Shown in pieces: positions 36,215 to 50,580 of a stretch of DNA of 64,000 bases. How positions within the stretch are numbered: position 1 is the first letter of the stretch; each line of letters opens with the position of its first letter. The stretch is from Callorhinchus milii (lineage: Eukaryota), in assembly GCF_018977255.1 (NCBI RefSeq), contig NW_024704742.1, forward strand, positions 92,878,001 to 92,942,000. The letters are read 5' to 3'. Both the position numbers and the translations under genes were made by a program. The notes beneath the pieces were generated by a model. The model searched no databases, was not told where the DNA came from, and worked only from the letters and a program-made list of their open reading frames with translations.

Positions 36215-37699
36215 TTCTAGACAACAGGTTTTATTTCAGTAGTTGAATTGTGTAGCTTACGTGAGTGCTTTACATTGAAAATACTTCTATCTAGGCAGTC
36301 AAATAAAGCACAAAATTGACAACTGTAAAAGATCCCCTTTACTGAACAACTGCATGACTATTTTAATATTATGTTGTTTTAGTTGAGATAGCATCCTTTC
36401 AAATGTGGTAATAAATAAAGAACAGGCATAAGGTACTACATTTAATTTGTACTGTTTGTGAGTGTACCAACTCTATGTGCTATGTGTCATGCAATTTATA
36501 TTGGCAACTTTCAATGTGTTCATTTCAATTTATTTCTGGTGCATGATTATATTGCAGGATCGGGAAGGAAATAGCTTTCTGTGACAAAACAATTACACAC
36601 CACAACATCACACAATAGAATGCAATATCACAGAATACTGTAATATAACTCGATCCAAATCAAGGGTGTGCTATTAGGCTTCTTTATTTGTCAATCCAAA
36701 CACTCAAAAATCCACCACTCTTAACCACACACTTTGTCCCACTCCCAGTGTCCTTTAATACTTCCTGCCCTTATTCTTATTGGCCCTTTTGTTAATTATC
36801 AATTTACTCTTAAAGGAGTATCCAACAAATACAGTAATGCAACTCAACAACATACAATGGAACACAACAAAATACAATGCAACACATTGCACAATTCTCA
36901 GTGGTCCTCCCAAGTAGCTCGCTATGCATTAAAACAACAACTTGCATCTATATTACGCCCTCCATGCCAGGCGGCATCCCAGAGCACTTGGGACACAGTA
37001 CATCTCAATCCATCCCAATTTTCAGCCCAATTGTGGACTAACATGCACTTGTTGTGAGAATATTAGTAATAATCCTTGCATTTGGTATAGCACCTTATCA
37101 CATCATCGAGATGTCTCAAAGCGCTTCACAGGATATACTGCAAAGTGGATTGACTGGTGTATTTTGTGGTCGAAATGCCAGTATAAGTAGAGCCTTGTAA
37201 GTTGCTAGGTCATAAAGTGCTTCTCTTGCAGGGAATCTGTACAATCTCCTTCCCAAACAGAAAAAGATTTGCCAAGCATTTATTTCTGAAGATGGCACAC
37301 AATTTTGTTGGTAGATCCAGCACACAGAAGTTGGAGATGAGGTGTCTACTGAGCAGTAATAATTAAGGAATGGGAATACGTTTCATGTGTTCAACATAAT
37401 AATGAATAGATTAAAAATATTATGAAATGCTTCACATTTCACCCCATATTTAGCTGTATTTTCAGATATTATTTCATTAGGGCTCTTTATATAAATTCAG
37501 TGTTCTCTTTTGTTTTCAAAAATATTTATTTTATTGCTAATGTCTATAGATTTCCTATTAGTAAACACTAATATGTGGTATTTCTTAAAAGCACTCTTCA
37601 ATACGTAGCCAGTTACATAATCCATGATTCATAAAAATAAAATTTAAGAGGAACTACTTCAAGCAGAGAGAAGTGAGGATATGGAAATTGCTTCCTGAA

Positions 37700-38905
37700 G
37701 TGATGGTTAAAGGGGGGTAAGCAGGGAGATCGAAAACACATTTGAATAGGAGGGTCTTGAGATGGGTCTTGAAGGAGGCAAGGGAGGGGGCGAGGTGGAG
37801 GGACTGTGGGATGGAGTTCCAGAGAAGGGGGGCAGAGTGGCAGAAGACCTGCCCACCAATGGCAGAGGAAGCGGGCAGGATGTAAGGGGGTTAGGAGGTC
37901 GCAGAGGTAGGGGGGAGCAAGACCATGGAGGGCTTTGAAGGTGAGGACTAGGATCTTGAACTGTATCCTCTGTGGGATGGGAAGCCAGTGGAGTTGGGCG
38001 AGGATGGGGGTGATAGGGTCGCGGACCCTGGTGCGGGAGAGGACGCAGGCTGCCGAGTTCAGGATGATCTGCAGCCTATGGAGGGAGGAGTTGGGGAGAC
38101 CAACAAGCAGGGAGTTTGCATAGTCGAGCCTCGATATAATGAAAACGTGCATGAAGGTTTCGGCGGCCTGCGGTTTGAGACAGTGGCGGAGCCGGGCGAT
38201 GTTACGGAGGTGGGGGAAGACAGAGCGGGTCATGGTGCAGATATGGGGTAGAAAGGATGGTTGAGGATCAAGCAAGATGCCAAGGTTCCAGACTGGCTCA
38301 GTGAGCTGGAGTGTGCAACCATGGATGGTGATGCCGTCATTGCCTGAGGTGTGGATGCGCTAACGTTCAACTGAAGAAAGTTAGGTCTCATCCAGGACTT
38401 GATGTCTGTCAGACATTCTGTCAGGACAACATTAATACTGGAGTCAAAGGTGGAGGCAGAGAGGTAGAGTTGTGTGTCATCCGCATACAAGTGGAAGTTG
38501 ACCCCATGTCTGCGGATGATATCAAGAGGGAGTATATAGATATAGAAGAGGAGGGGACCAAGGACAGAGCCCTGAAGAATGTCACAAGAGAGTGCGGGGG
38601 CTAGAGGAGAAATCGTTTGTGGAGATAAAGTTGAGGTGGTGTGAGAGGTACGATCTGAACCGGTCAAGGACAGAGCCGTGAAGGTTGAGGTGGGAGGAGA
38701 GGCAGTGGATGAGGATAGAGGTTGACGGTGTCGAAGGCAGCAACGAGGTCAAGAAGGCTGAGGAGGCAGAGGGAGCCCTGGTCACAGATGGACAGAATGT
38801 CATTTATCACTTTGACCAGGGCTGTTTCTGTGCTGTGGGCGGCATGGAAACCCAATTGGAGGAGTTCAGGAAGGGAGTGGTCGAGAGGAAAGAGCAAAGC
38901 TGGGA
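37700..38905 (-). mobile_element. L2 LINE with degenerate reverse transcriptase
   Basis: [25 protein letters not shown] and SRLDYANSLL motifs spread over frameshifted ORFs; same subfamily as 59345-60097. Confidence 0.92.
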
Positions 38906-39254
38906 AGCAACAAATCATTCCAGGAGTAGAGATGTATTCAAAAGGAAGCTAGACCAACACATGAGGGAGAGGTGAATAGAAAGGTATGGGAGGGAGTAAG
39001 GAATGGATAAAGGCTAGCATGGAGTATTACCAGCACGGAACAAGTCACCTGTTCCCGTGCTGGACATTCTTTGTAAGTAAAGATTCGCTCCAATCAAAGT
39101 CCATTATGCCTAACCAACAGAAGCTCTGCTCCAGCATGATCTGCTTCCGAAGTGAAGTTCCTACGAGTTGTTGGGAATTCTAACGGGATTCTTTATGAAC
39201 AAATCCTGTTAAGAATTATGGCAAATTAGGCTCTAGAGTGATGTTATAATAATA

Positions 39255-39490
39255 TTAATAATAATAATGATATTCCTTGCATTTGATATACCACTTTTCA
39301 CGCCTTCTAGACGTCTCGAAGTGCTTCACAGAATAGACTGTAAAGTGAATTGATTGTATGTTTGTGGGTGAAATGCGGCAGCCAATTGCGCACAGCAGTG
39401 TCCCACAAACAGTCGTGGATTGAAAATGACCAATTTATTATTGTTTTTTGTTTTGGAGGGATTATTATTAAGCGTGTGGAGTAAGGAAAT
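39255..39490 (-). mobile_element. SINE lacking head
   Basis: Close match to the reverse complement of 32085-32302. Confidence 0.88.
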
Positions 39491-40720
39491 ATGTTTAATG
39501 TGTTGGTATATAAGCTTGAATATAATGCAACTTGTGGGGAAATTAGTTAGTATATTTTATTGGAGGGTTTGGCTGTAAATAACTTATCGATTCAGTTTTG
39601 GTTTCAAAACTGATGCTAAATACAGCATGGTAGATACAGTGTTAAAACACTGCTCAAGAACGAGCATTTGTAACTGATGCTATTTACGTGTTTAATCTTT
39701 CAGAGAACTCATTAATAGTCAGCAGTCATTGGCTTCTAGGTTCTCAGTCTGTTTCAACATTGGCCATTGGACAATCGTCGAGGGATTGAGTAATTCGTGA
39801 AATTAAGTAGAAAACAGTCTGGATTCCTCAGAAACTTTATTTTTCTTGGCTCCCATCCATCTGGTTCCCAAAATAATTTTTCACTTTCTTAAAAAAAATC
39901 CAAGCTGCATTTTTTCAAAATCTAAAAATATCCTCACAAATAAAAGCAGTTGTGTAACATCTTCAACTTGTCCAAAACACATTTAAATGTTTATTTTTTC
40001 AACTTTACAACAGATGCAATCTTTACACCAAGGTTAATCGCAGAGGAGAACGGGTTACCAGAGAAAGTAATTAAGGACAAGATACTGGGATTATTTAACA
40101 AACCATTTGATGCTAAGGGGAAGTTGTTTGGGAAGGCATCTAGAAGGATACGTTAAGTGGCTCGAGAGCTTTCTTCATCTAAACCTTGAAGGGTTAAGGT
40201 TTGGAAAGTGTTATTCTTATTTCACCACTCAGCTTTCCATAGAATTGTAAAATTTTACAGCGCAGATACAGCCATTTGGCCTTTGTGCTGGCTTTTTGAA
40301 TGAATATCCATTTAATTCTGACACTCTTGCCCTTTGACTATTATTTTCTCCCTGCAGTTTTCTCTCCTCTCCCGATGGCATTAACTCACGTAGAGATACA
40401 TGCTAAGGACAAAAAGGACTATCAGGTCACTTGCCCAAGTGCTGTTCTTTATGTGCGAGCTTAAACAGTAGGGCATCAACAATAGGGCTTTTTTTAGACA
40501 GCCAGGTAGCCGACACCTGCAGAAACCCATCACATGCTTGCGAGTATTCAAATCAGATTGAGAGTTCCATGTGTCCCATCTACATTGGAACGTGTACAAC
40601 TACAACCACAGAACTATGACATGTTGCATTTGTATTGTGCCTTTCGCATAAAAAAAGTCTCAAAGCTCTTCAGAACTATAGCGCTGACTCAGCTCTGATC
40701 ACATCCTTTTCAGGAAGAAT

Positions 40721-41095
40721 CAACAACAACAACTTGCACTTATATAGCGCCCTCCACCCTGGGTAGTGTCTCAGAGAGTTTAACAGTGGCGGAGCTTGAC
40801 TCTAAGTCAGGGGGAGGGGCGAGGTGGCCGTAAGCATGGATGAAGAGGAAAGTCTTCAGGTGGGACCTGAAAGAGAGGAGGGAGGGGCAAGTTGGTGGGA
40901 TTGAGCTAGAGCTCAATCCAGAGTATTGGGGCGTAGTGGCTGAAAGTGCAACCTCCAATGGGGGATGCGGAGGGTGTGAGGGATGAGCAGGAGACCGGTG
41001 CCAGTTGAGCGGAGGCACTGTGTGGTGGATTGGGAAGTGAGGAGGTCGGTGAGGTAAGGAGGTGCCAGGGAGTGAATGGATTTGAACACGTTCAC
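40721..41095 (-). mobile_element. Older L2 3' fragment
   Basis: VFKSIHSLAPPYLTDLL; (aac)n tail; similar to 4550-5060. Confidence 0.8.
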
Positions 41096-42989
41096 CAGAC
41101 ATTGGTCATGTACCTTGTTCCCAAAGCAAATTTTAGCTCCAGCTATAACTCTGCTCAGCTGAGATCTGCTAACTCAACACAACCCTGTTCTGCTTCAATT
41201 GTTCTCGGACTTTCTAGTTCTTTTCCGACGTTAATCAAACCATTCTTACATTTGATATAGTGCCCTTCACATTGAAAGGACATCCCTAAGCACTTCACGG
41301 GATTTAGTGTAAAGTTCAGTGACAGTGTACTTCGCCCATAAATATACAGTCAATTTACTTTACAGTCTATTCTGTGAAGCGCTTTGAGACATCTAGAAGA
41401 CATGAGAAGCGCTATAACAAATTCAAGGATTATTATTATTATTAGTTTGCTGGTCCCATAGCTGCCACAAAAGTTTGTGCTTTGTTCCATTTTAAATAAG
41501 ACAAGAACCATCGTTGTAACATACCGTTGTATGCTCCTCAGTGCCACGTTAACTCAATGATTGCAAATATTTTTCTCTTCATCTGTTAGTTGCTTGGCTT
41601 GTTTACTTCTCTATTGCTGATGGTAATGTAAATGTCAGAACCGATCTGCAATTTTGACTTTCAGGCTACATTATCTTGTAATTCCTATTGAATATTTCAA
41701 CAGTCATAAGTGCTCAGAAAGTATCAGATTAATGGGAAGTTTTGCAAATCACAAGGATGCAATTTGTAGACAAATACTTTGTACTTCATGCCTTTAGATG
41801 AATTTCAAGGCTCCAATTTGGTGGTAGAGCCAAGAAATGACATGATTTAGTAAAAAAAATTATTCAAATAATAATAATCCTTGCATTGATATTGCACCTA
41901 ATCACATCATTCAAAGCGATGTACTATAAAGTATAGTGATCATATCTGTAGATGAACTTAAGGATGAAAGATGAAACTATAAGAAACTCTTTATAAGATT
42001 TCTCTGTTTTGTTCACTGACAAAAAATAGATTATATTTAGCTATTAACATTCATAGTTTATAAGATATAGCAAAAACACAGTGGCCTTTTAAAATAGAAC
42101 TCTAGTGCCAATCTTATTACCAAATTTTGCATACTGTCAAAACATACTTCTACTCTGTGGTGTGAGGTTTGATAACTGAAATGATCTCATTCAGATAGCA
42201 GGCAGTGTTCTCTGAGAAGGGGTGTTCATCTGCCTTTCTTTTATTGACCTCCTTAAATTACATAGGATTATAGACATATGGAGAACCAGGAAAGACAAGT
42301 ATGGTCCAATTGTCTGATCCCACATTTGTTTCAAAACAACCAATACAACAAGGGGCACATCTTAAGCAGAGGAGAGACACAAATAGTTCCTGAGCCAGAT
42401 TATATCACAATACCTGGTCACGGTCATAAAAGTGCATCTGGACACTGCAGCAAAATATCTCCAGACGCATTGGCCCCTCAGCGAACAGTATTTAAAAAAG
42501 ATTATCTCATCACTACAGAAAGAAGTGTGATGAAAGTAGCTGAGACAATATCATGTTGCACTCTATCATGGCAGAGGTCTTATTATGGTTACATTAGAGA
42601 AAGCTGACTGAGATGAGCAAAGCCACCTTTATCCTTTATGGCATTGTATCAAATTCTATCAACTGACAAGCACCCATTACCAAACACCTGAGTAATTTTG
42701 AAAAAGGCCTTTGAATTAGTGGAAAAATTATTACTCATGGATAATGTTTAAGGAATTGTGAAATATGAATTAACATGAAGAAAACGTGGAATTGCAACTG
42801 CTTTTCATGAATATATTGTAATCATAAAACCTCAATATTCATGTTCCCTGTGTGGATTAGTGGTGCTTATTATACGCCAAACACTAAAATAGTCATCTTT
42901 TCATTCTGTGTTTCTAATGAGATCTCCATTGTAAATGCATAACAAAAAGATTGTTATTGTAATGATCAGCATATGATAGACTCCAAAGA

Positions 42990-43585
42990 CAACAACAACA
43001 ACAACAAGATTCCATTTATAAAGCACCTTTCACGTCAGGAGGACGTCCCAAGGCGCTGCACAGTTGGGTCATGACCCGAGCAGGGGGGAAATGGTCAGGG
43101 TGAGGGGAGGGAAGGGAGGGAGCGAGGAGGGGGGAAATGGTCAGGGTGAGGGAGGGAAGGGAGGGAGCGAGGAGGGGGAAGAGAGTCGAGAGGGGAGCTG
43201 AAGGCACGGTCAAAGAGAAAGGTTTTGAGACCGGCCTTGAAGGAGGAAAGGGAGGAAGCAAGGCGAAGGCACTGGGGGATGGAGTTCCAGAGCCTCGGGG
43301 CTGAGAGGCTGAAGGCCCGACCACCGATGGTAGGGCGGTTGGGGCAGGGGACGTGGAGCAGACCGGAGCCAGAGGAACGGAGGGTACGGGCAGGTAGGTA
43401 GGGGGATAGTAGGTTGGAGAGGTAGGAGGGAGCAAGGCTGTGAATGGCCTTGTAGGTGAGGATGAGGATCTTGAAATCAATCCTCTGGGGGATGGGGAGC
43501 CAGTGGAGGCGAGCGAGGGTGGGAGTGATGTGGTCCCGAAGCCTGGTGCGGGACAGTACACGAGCTGCAGAGTTCTGAATGAGCA
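42990..43585 (-). mobile_element. Young L2 3' fragment
   Basis: Open frame IQNSAARVLSRTRLRDHITPTLARLHWLPIPQRIDFKIL; two copies of the 46-bp 3' unit. Confidence 0.93.
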
Positions 43586-43977
43586 CGTCATACATTCATC
43601 TGAACTGTATGGCTTTCTGTTCGTCCAGATTATTTGAATTGGTTGGCAAATTGGCAACATGTGGCATAAGCTCAAGGTTATTCTGACAAGCATAAATGAA
43701 GTGGGAGGTTTTTTTGCATTAAGGGTTAGCAAGCTGAATTAACTCTGACATTAAAAGAAGTCAATTCAAAAAGTGAAGATATTAAAAGGGTTGGGGAAAG
43801 AGCAGGATCCTGGGTTTGAGTAGCTAGCTCAGGGGGAAGGATACATTTACCCACTGTTACTCAGGGGTTAAGTTGGAATGCCCCAGGCATGATGCCTGGA
43901 ATTGCTTAGCTTCCCACTAAATGATCTGACTCTGATTATTTGGATTGGTTCAGTCTGCAGTTGGAGATACTGTACAT

Positions 43978-44162
43978 CAGTGGTAGTCAACCCATGGCCC
44001 GGAGGGCCGTCAAGGAGTGGCCTGCCAAACATTTGCACTAGTCTGTTTTAAATTAATATTTTGTTTACATTTTTTTTCTTGATTTAGTATTGCTTGATTT
44101 GTGCCATAAATGTATTGTGAACATATATTTTGTTGGCCGACCAAAAAGGTTGGCAACCACTG
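43978..44162. mobile_element. hAT MITE
   Basis: Terminal inverted repeats cagtggtagtcaacc and ggttggcaaccactg; perfect 8-bp TSD ctgtacat (43970-43977 and 44163-44170). Confidence 0.9.
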
Positions 44163-44514
44163 CTGTACATGATATATGAAAGTCAGCGGGGTGAAATATT
44201 TATCAAGTTCACTGTCGGGTTGAGTTTTTTCTAATCCGTGATTATTCATACAGATGATTCCATGCACATTACCCAATAAAGTACATTAATTCAAGGCTAA
44301 TGGTTTATTTGGGGGGTTTCAGGGACTACATGCTCAGTACATGGTGGTTCAGCATTAACAATGGTAACGAATAGCCACTGAATCAATTCTCTTGAGGTTA
44401 GTTGTAGACAAGAATGATTAACTCTGTGTAGTGCTATTTTATGAATTCTCAGTACTGTATATTTTACTAAAGATGCATCAGTCTGTGCACTAACAATAAT
44501 CTTAATCATAATTC

Positions 44515-44815
44515 TTGCATGTGCACAGCAAATTCCTCAAACTGGCATTTGATTGAATGACTAATTTTTTCGGGTTAAGGGGCGGCAATTGTTGGACACT
44601 GGGAGGACAGTGGGAGAAACTTCCATTTTTTCAAAGGGGCATGGGATCTTTAATGTCTATCTGAACAGGAGGACAGATTCTCAGATCAACTTGTTCTCCC
44701 TAGCAATGTATTGCAGTGTCAGCCTAGAACGAGCTAAAAGTCTTGATGTGGGGCTTGAACCCACAACCTTTGTGACTCAGAGGTAAAGATGCTACCAACT
44801 GAGCTGAGCCAAGGT
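44515..44815 (-). mobile_element. Old Deu-domain SINE with tRNA-like head
   Basis: gtggggcttgaacccacaacc...tgactcagagg...gctaccaactgagc head plus Deu-like body. Confidence 0.65.
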
Positions 44816-46059
44816 GATGTACAGCTCACTCTCTGCTCAAACCATGACTCAATAACTCTATGCCTGAGACAATGGAAAATTCTCACTTCCAGCAGCAATT
44901 ATCAAGTGCTTTATTTGATGTTTTCAATGCTGAGGTTGAAAAACAGCTTGAATGGGAAAACTGCAACATAAATAGGTGTGAGTGCAGGAAAATGTTTATC
45001 AGGGTGTGAAGTGTATCTAATGCTGGGAATTTCATGTTGAATCATGAGAACTCTGCTCAAAGGCAATCTCAAGTCTGAAGAGAGATATTGTATATCAGTA
45101 TTTGGGGTTCTTTGTATGAGGTCCACACTATGTCTTGAGGCAGTTGTGTCATTTATGCTCAATTTTGACCACTTGAGTGCTTTTTCTAGCCCAACATGTC
45201 CAGTAATTATTATCAGCCAATTCTAGGAGGAAAAAGGTATCATTCATTTTTGACCAAGAACCCACTGACGATGCTATAGAGTAGATATTCCCAATGCTGG
45301 GTAATATTTTTTTCCCACATAGGGACGTGTTCTTCGTATAGTTATCTAAGTGACTGTTGACTCTGGTAAATCCATCTACAAAATATACTTTTTAAAATGA
45401 TCGATGTGCATGTTAATAAATTATTTCCCACTGACTATTCAGGGAAAGGCTTTTTACCTACCAATCAATATTGTTATTGATACTTTGTAAGAGGTTAAAA
45501 ATATAGTTAACAGGAATAGAGAAAGTAAACATGCAAAAACACTTTCACATCTGCAAAGGCAGCAGGACAAGAAGACACAAGCTCAGGATCATAAAGGGCC
45601 AGTTTTTTGTTGTTGCGTTTTGGAAAGGTTGATGTTGTCTTTAAGTTTTTTGACAGACAACTGTATTTTTTTTAGACAGAGGTAAAATAATCCCCAAAGT
45701 AGCTAATATGTCTTGGAGTACTGTGGTCCTGCTTGGCTCATGCAATAGACCTGCCAAAAAGGATTTGCCCGATTCCAATATTTCATTGCCAGGCATGACA
45801 CCTTGGAGCCAGCTCAGGCATATGGGGATTCCCCCTACCTCCCCAAAAGGAAGATAGTCACTACTTGGCTATTTGACATCTGACAAGCGCAGGTTTGAAT
45901 TTTCATTAGCTGATAAGCAGGTAACAAGAACTTTTTGTAAGCTTCCCAGTGACTGGAATCGGATGCAAAGGTCCTTTTAAGAGAGCTTGTTAGGGTATGC
46001 ATGTGGGCCAATAACTGGGAAAACAAGTCTAATACTGATAAATGTAATGTACTCTATTA

Positions 46060-46740
46060 TAGAATCGAAGAATAAGAAACACAAGGATTCCATGAATGGG
46101 ATTGAACTTGCCAAGAAGGAAGCTGAAAGAGATCTAAGGTGTCAGTTGACTCATTGCTCATCATGTCAAAACAATGTAAGGCAGCAATACAAAGCAAATA
46201 GGATACTGGGCTATATTGATCTTTGCATTTGATACAGCACCTCATCACACCTTCAAAATGTCTCAAAGCGCTTCACAAAATATACTGTAAAGTGAATTGA
46301 CTGTGTATTTTGTGGGCAAATATTGGTAAATCAGTTGAGGTTAGATCTGTAGATGTCATTCTCAGGCTGTGCGCAATTGGCTGCTGCTTTTCGCCCACAA
46401 ATATACAGTCAATTCATTTTACAGTATATTCTATGAAGCGTTTTGAGACGTCTAGAAGTCGTGAAAAGCGCTATATCAAATACAAGGATATTATTGTACA
46501 GTTCAGGTCACCATAACATAAGTCTGTTCAGGCCTTAGAGGCAGTGCAGAGGAGAGCAATGAGGATGATCTCCAGTGTTGCAGGAATGAGCTATGAACAA
46601 TGACTATACAAGCTAACACTCTTCAGTCTTGAGAAAATCATTCAGAGAGGCCTCATAAAGCTGTACAAAATTCTAAATGGGATTGAGTAAGTAAACCTGG
46701 AACAATACTTTAGGATGTATATGACAGAAGAACATGAGGA
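46060..46740 (+). mobile_element. CR1 ORF2 remnant carrying two oppositely oriented SINE tails (46221-46320 -, 46366-46494 +)
   Basis: SKNKKHKDSMNGIELAKKEAERDL; aligns with the reverse complement of 7365-7700. Confidence 0.82.
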
Positions 46741-47164
46741 TGGGGATGATTGGCTCACGGAGCCTGGTGCGGGAGGACACGATCTTCAGAGTTCTGAATG
46801 GTCTGGAGTTATTGAGAGAAGAGTTGTGAAGACTGCTGAGCAGAGAGTGGGCATTGAAGAACATTCTTTGGATTGGGTTAGATGAATGGGCACTCCCTAA
46901 ATCACCCATAATCCATGTGACACATTCCCCAGTGGTGCTTGTCTTTCAAAATTTCCGCAATTATATCAACACAGGAATTAGTCTTTATTATGTTAGGATC
47001 CATTCAGCAGAAAACATATTGCAAGTTAAAAAACCATCAAAAAACCATTCCTCAAAAGTCAGGCTTTTGAGGAATAAAACATACATGCTGCATTACCTTT
47101 TTCTGTGAAAACATGATGTGAAACTCATGTATTTTCTTTCTAAGTTCTGGCAGTAGCTTTTATG

Positions 47165-47660
47165 TGATCAGGCCACACCTGGGGTATTGTGTATATTGTG
47201 TACAGTTCTCGTCATGACATGAGGGAGGTGCCCAGATCCTAGGGACAGTAAGGAGAAGAGCAATGAGGATGATTCTCAGTGTTAGAGGAATGAGCTATGA
47301 GCGACAATTTGATAAGCTAGGGCGCTTCAGCATTGAAACAAGACGTGTCAGAGGGAACCTTATATATAAATTATAAATAAAAGTAAAACCAGAAAAATTC
47401 TTTCAGATATGCCATGGCAGCAGAACAAGAGGGTTTTGGGGTTCCAGAGAATAATTTTAGGATAGAGCCAGAAACAATTTATTTACCTAATGGTTAATAA
47501 ACAACTGGAACTGGTTATCAAAAGGGGTGGTTGAGGCCAAGACACGGCACCCATTAAAAAACAGCTCTATACTGTGATGGGAGGACAGGGTGATAGCTAT
47601 TCTGGAAGGATGAACCAAATGGGCCAAAGGACCTTCTTCATCCAAACCTCTCTTATGATC
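47165..47660 (+). mobile_element. CR1 3' end
   Basis: caggccacacctggggtattgtgta...gttgaggccaagacac...atgggccaaagg. Confidence 0.78.
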
Positions 47661-48639
47661 TTGTGACATATTTTACATAATAGTGAATCTGCATGCACTT
47701 TGTGTTCAAACCATTTCTGCTGTTTTCACCCAGAGATTTCATTCATTCCTGCTCTTTTCCGTCACAGCTGTTTTGAGCAGGAAGTGTTTAAAGGATAAGG
47801 AGCAAAGCCACCAGGTATAAGCACAGCACAATTGTTGCCTTGCTCGCTAGAAAAAGGCAAGGTGCCCATGAACATCCCTTCAGATTAGATGGCAGCAGTT
47901 TGTGCTGGCCACATAATGTGTGCATAAAGCGCTTGCCAAGGAAGTAGCATGGCTTTTAAAGTCACTTTTTTCACAAATGTTGGCCAAGTGCTGTCGAGGG
48001 AATAAAACACAAACTCCCTTATGTTAATGATGGTCAAATTGGATATTTGAGTTTCAGGATCTGGCTGGTGTCCAGAAGCAACCTGTCAATGTGCCAACCA
48101 TGGCTGGCTGAAGGATAATGGCCTGAAACTGCTGACAGCAAAGGATGCAACATGATATGGTGTAGAATGCCTGTGCAATCTAACAACTAATTAATTCAGA
48201 TCAACTTCACTGAAACCGTCCTTTAATATCAAAGATCTACACAACATGTCAAGCTGTCTCATGATTCATAGGAGAGTTTCCAAATATTTTGAACTAAGAA
48301 CAAAGCAGGTGTTTACATTTGAGATTTTTTTTCTCTCTTAGCCAATCTATCCCCTCCTCTCCTCTCATGCTGGGGTTCACTTCATCAGATGCTGCAGTAC
48401 TTGGATCATCCTGTCCTCACCCTGTCCTCACACATCATAGATTATTGGTTAGGAATCAGGAAAGAGTAGGAACACTAGTTGATGTCTCCCCTCCCTAGCC
48501 TAAGGGAGCTAAGACAAATTGCAGCAAACCAATTGGTGCCAGCCTGCCATTAGTTAACTAAGCATATATCAGAACCAGATTAGTGAGCTTATTTGTGTAT
48601 CTTTGGGCAATGCCTGGTTGTGTCTATGTACAATATTTA

Positions 48640-48980
48640 TATATTTGTCTACAAATCTCTTCATGCCCTGGCACCTCCCTACCTTTCTGACCTACTTTCT
48701 TCCCACTCCACTACCCATTGCCCCCGCTCAGCTGGTCATGGCCTCCTGCTTGTCCCTCGTCCCCTCTGCTCATCTCCGTCATCAGTAGCCGTGCTTTCAG
48801 CCACTACGCCCCAAAGTTTTGGAACTCTTTTCCCCAATCCTTCCACTCCCCTCCTTCCTCTTCTTTAGATCATGACCGAAGACCTTCTTCTTTGATTGTT
48901 CTTACGATCACCGTTAAGTGCTTGAGACCCTCCCCAATGTGAAAGGTGCTATATAAATGCAAGTTGTTTTTGTTGTTGTT
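48640..48980 (+). mobile_element. Older L2 3' fragment
   Basis: VYKSLHALAPPYLSDLL; gtgaaaggtgctatataaatgcaagttg tail. Confidence 0.8.
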
Positions 48981-49706
48981 ATTTGAAATAGCTGAACATT
49001 TCAGGTTCTCTGTTAGCTAAGGATATCTTGAGAAACAACTTGGCCATCTACCCAAAGAACTCCTGTTAAATTGGACCAGGTAAACTTTCTGGGGCAGGGC
49101 AAGAAAATATTGCGTAGGACAGTGACACAAATAAAGACATCAGAAATTCACAAGAGGGATCCAGATGAAAAAAGCACTTCAGCCCATTTGATCTCATCCT
49201 TTCAGAAAGCCAACCTTACCACTGCTTCAATATAGTATCAAGCTTTTTCAACAATTTATATTTATTTGGTACCATTCAGATCAGGAAGATGTGACAAAGT
49301 ACTTTGCACAGCCCGATGTGGGAGGAAGCGGAGCTGAGGGTGGAGGGACAAAGGGCTTTTTTCAGTGCAGTAGAAGAGATAGGTCTGAGACGGTTCTATC
49401 ACCCTTATATGAACACCCACGATATGGCTCGTTCTCCCTCACAGAGTCTACTGGGTGGCCTCTGGTTCAATACTCACTAATGAATGCAAGGCCCTATAGC
49501 TAGGTGTAACTTGTCTAATGCGTTCTCCCACGACAACAGGTACTACCAATTGCTATTTAAATTAAAGCAAATTGGAAAGCTTCAATCAGGGTTTGTTTTA
49601 CACCTCTATGACCTAGGATGAACCTGTTTGTGTATACCCTCCTTCTTTGATTTATACAGAAAGCTCGAGAAAGTACGTTTAAGTTAGCTCAACAGAATTT
49701 TATTGT

Positions 49707-49864
49707 ACAACAACAACAACAAAGATTGCATTTATAGAGCGCCTTTCACGTCGGGAGGACGTCCCAAGGCGCTGGACAGTTGGGTCGGGACCCGAGCAGT
49801 GGGGAAATGGTCAGGGTGAGGGGAGGAAAGGAGCGAGGAGGGGTTAGAGAGTCGAGAGGGGAGG
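49707..49864 (-). mobile_element. Young L2 3' UTR fragment
   Basis: Near-identical to the tails at 23.7, 43.0 and 60.5 kb. Confidence 0.88.
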
Positions 49865-50214
49865 TGAACTCAATAAAATCCACAACCCAATGATAGGATA
49901 AGTATCAACAAACACAACTATGAGATAAAAACATTAATCACACTTAAACTACACAAGCTAGCAGCCACTTGTAATAAAGTTAATGTGAAAGTGCACGAAG
50001 AACCAACCTTTGACTACTACTCATTAATAGTCAGAGCACGTACCTTTGTTGTCATCAGGTAGAAAAATAGCAACCATGTGCACATGGCACTTATTCTTTT
50101 ATAGGCATTGAGCCCCTCCCCAAATTAGGGTACCCAATGGTAATTGTATTGCACCAATTACTTGATGCAATTAAATATATATTAAAAAAATTTAAGGCAC
50201 TGCTCAATATATTT

Positions 50215-50580
50215 AAAGAACAGACAGGTGTAGAATACAAAAGGGATTGACCATGACAAGTCTTAATATGGATTTTGGAGGTAAGGAGGAGAGACTCCAG
50301 GATGAAATTCCAGAGAGTGGAGGTAGAGTAGATGAAGGCTGACCGATGGCAGGGTGGGTGGGCATGTGAAGCAGACAATTGTTTGCTGAGTGGAGAGAGC
50401 AACCAGTGGAGTAGGGTCTGAGGAGATTGCAGAGATAGGATGAGGTGAGGTCATGGCGGCATTGAAAGTGAGGATGAGAATTCTGAATTTGATCTGTTGT
50501 GGAGCTGAGCGAAAGATGGGGGCTCAGAGAGACTTCTGGAGCCTGGTGCAGGAGAGGACACAGGCTGTACAATTCTGGAG
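50215..50580 (-). mobile_element. Old L2 fragment
   Basis: Degenerate SSYLCNLLRPY / RSAFIYS...LWN; aligns loosely with the other L2 copies. Confidence 0.6.
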
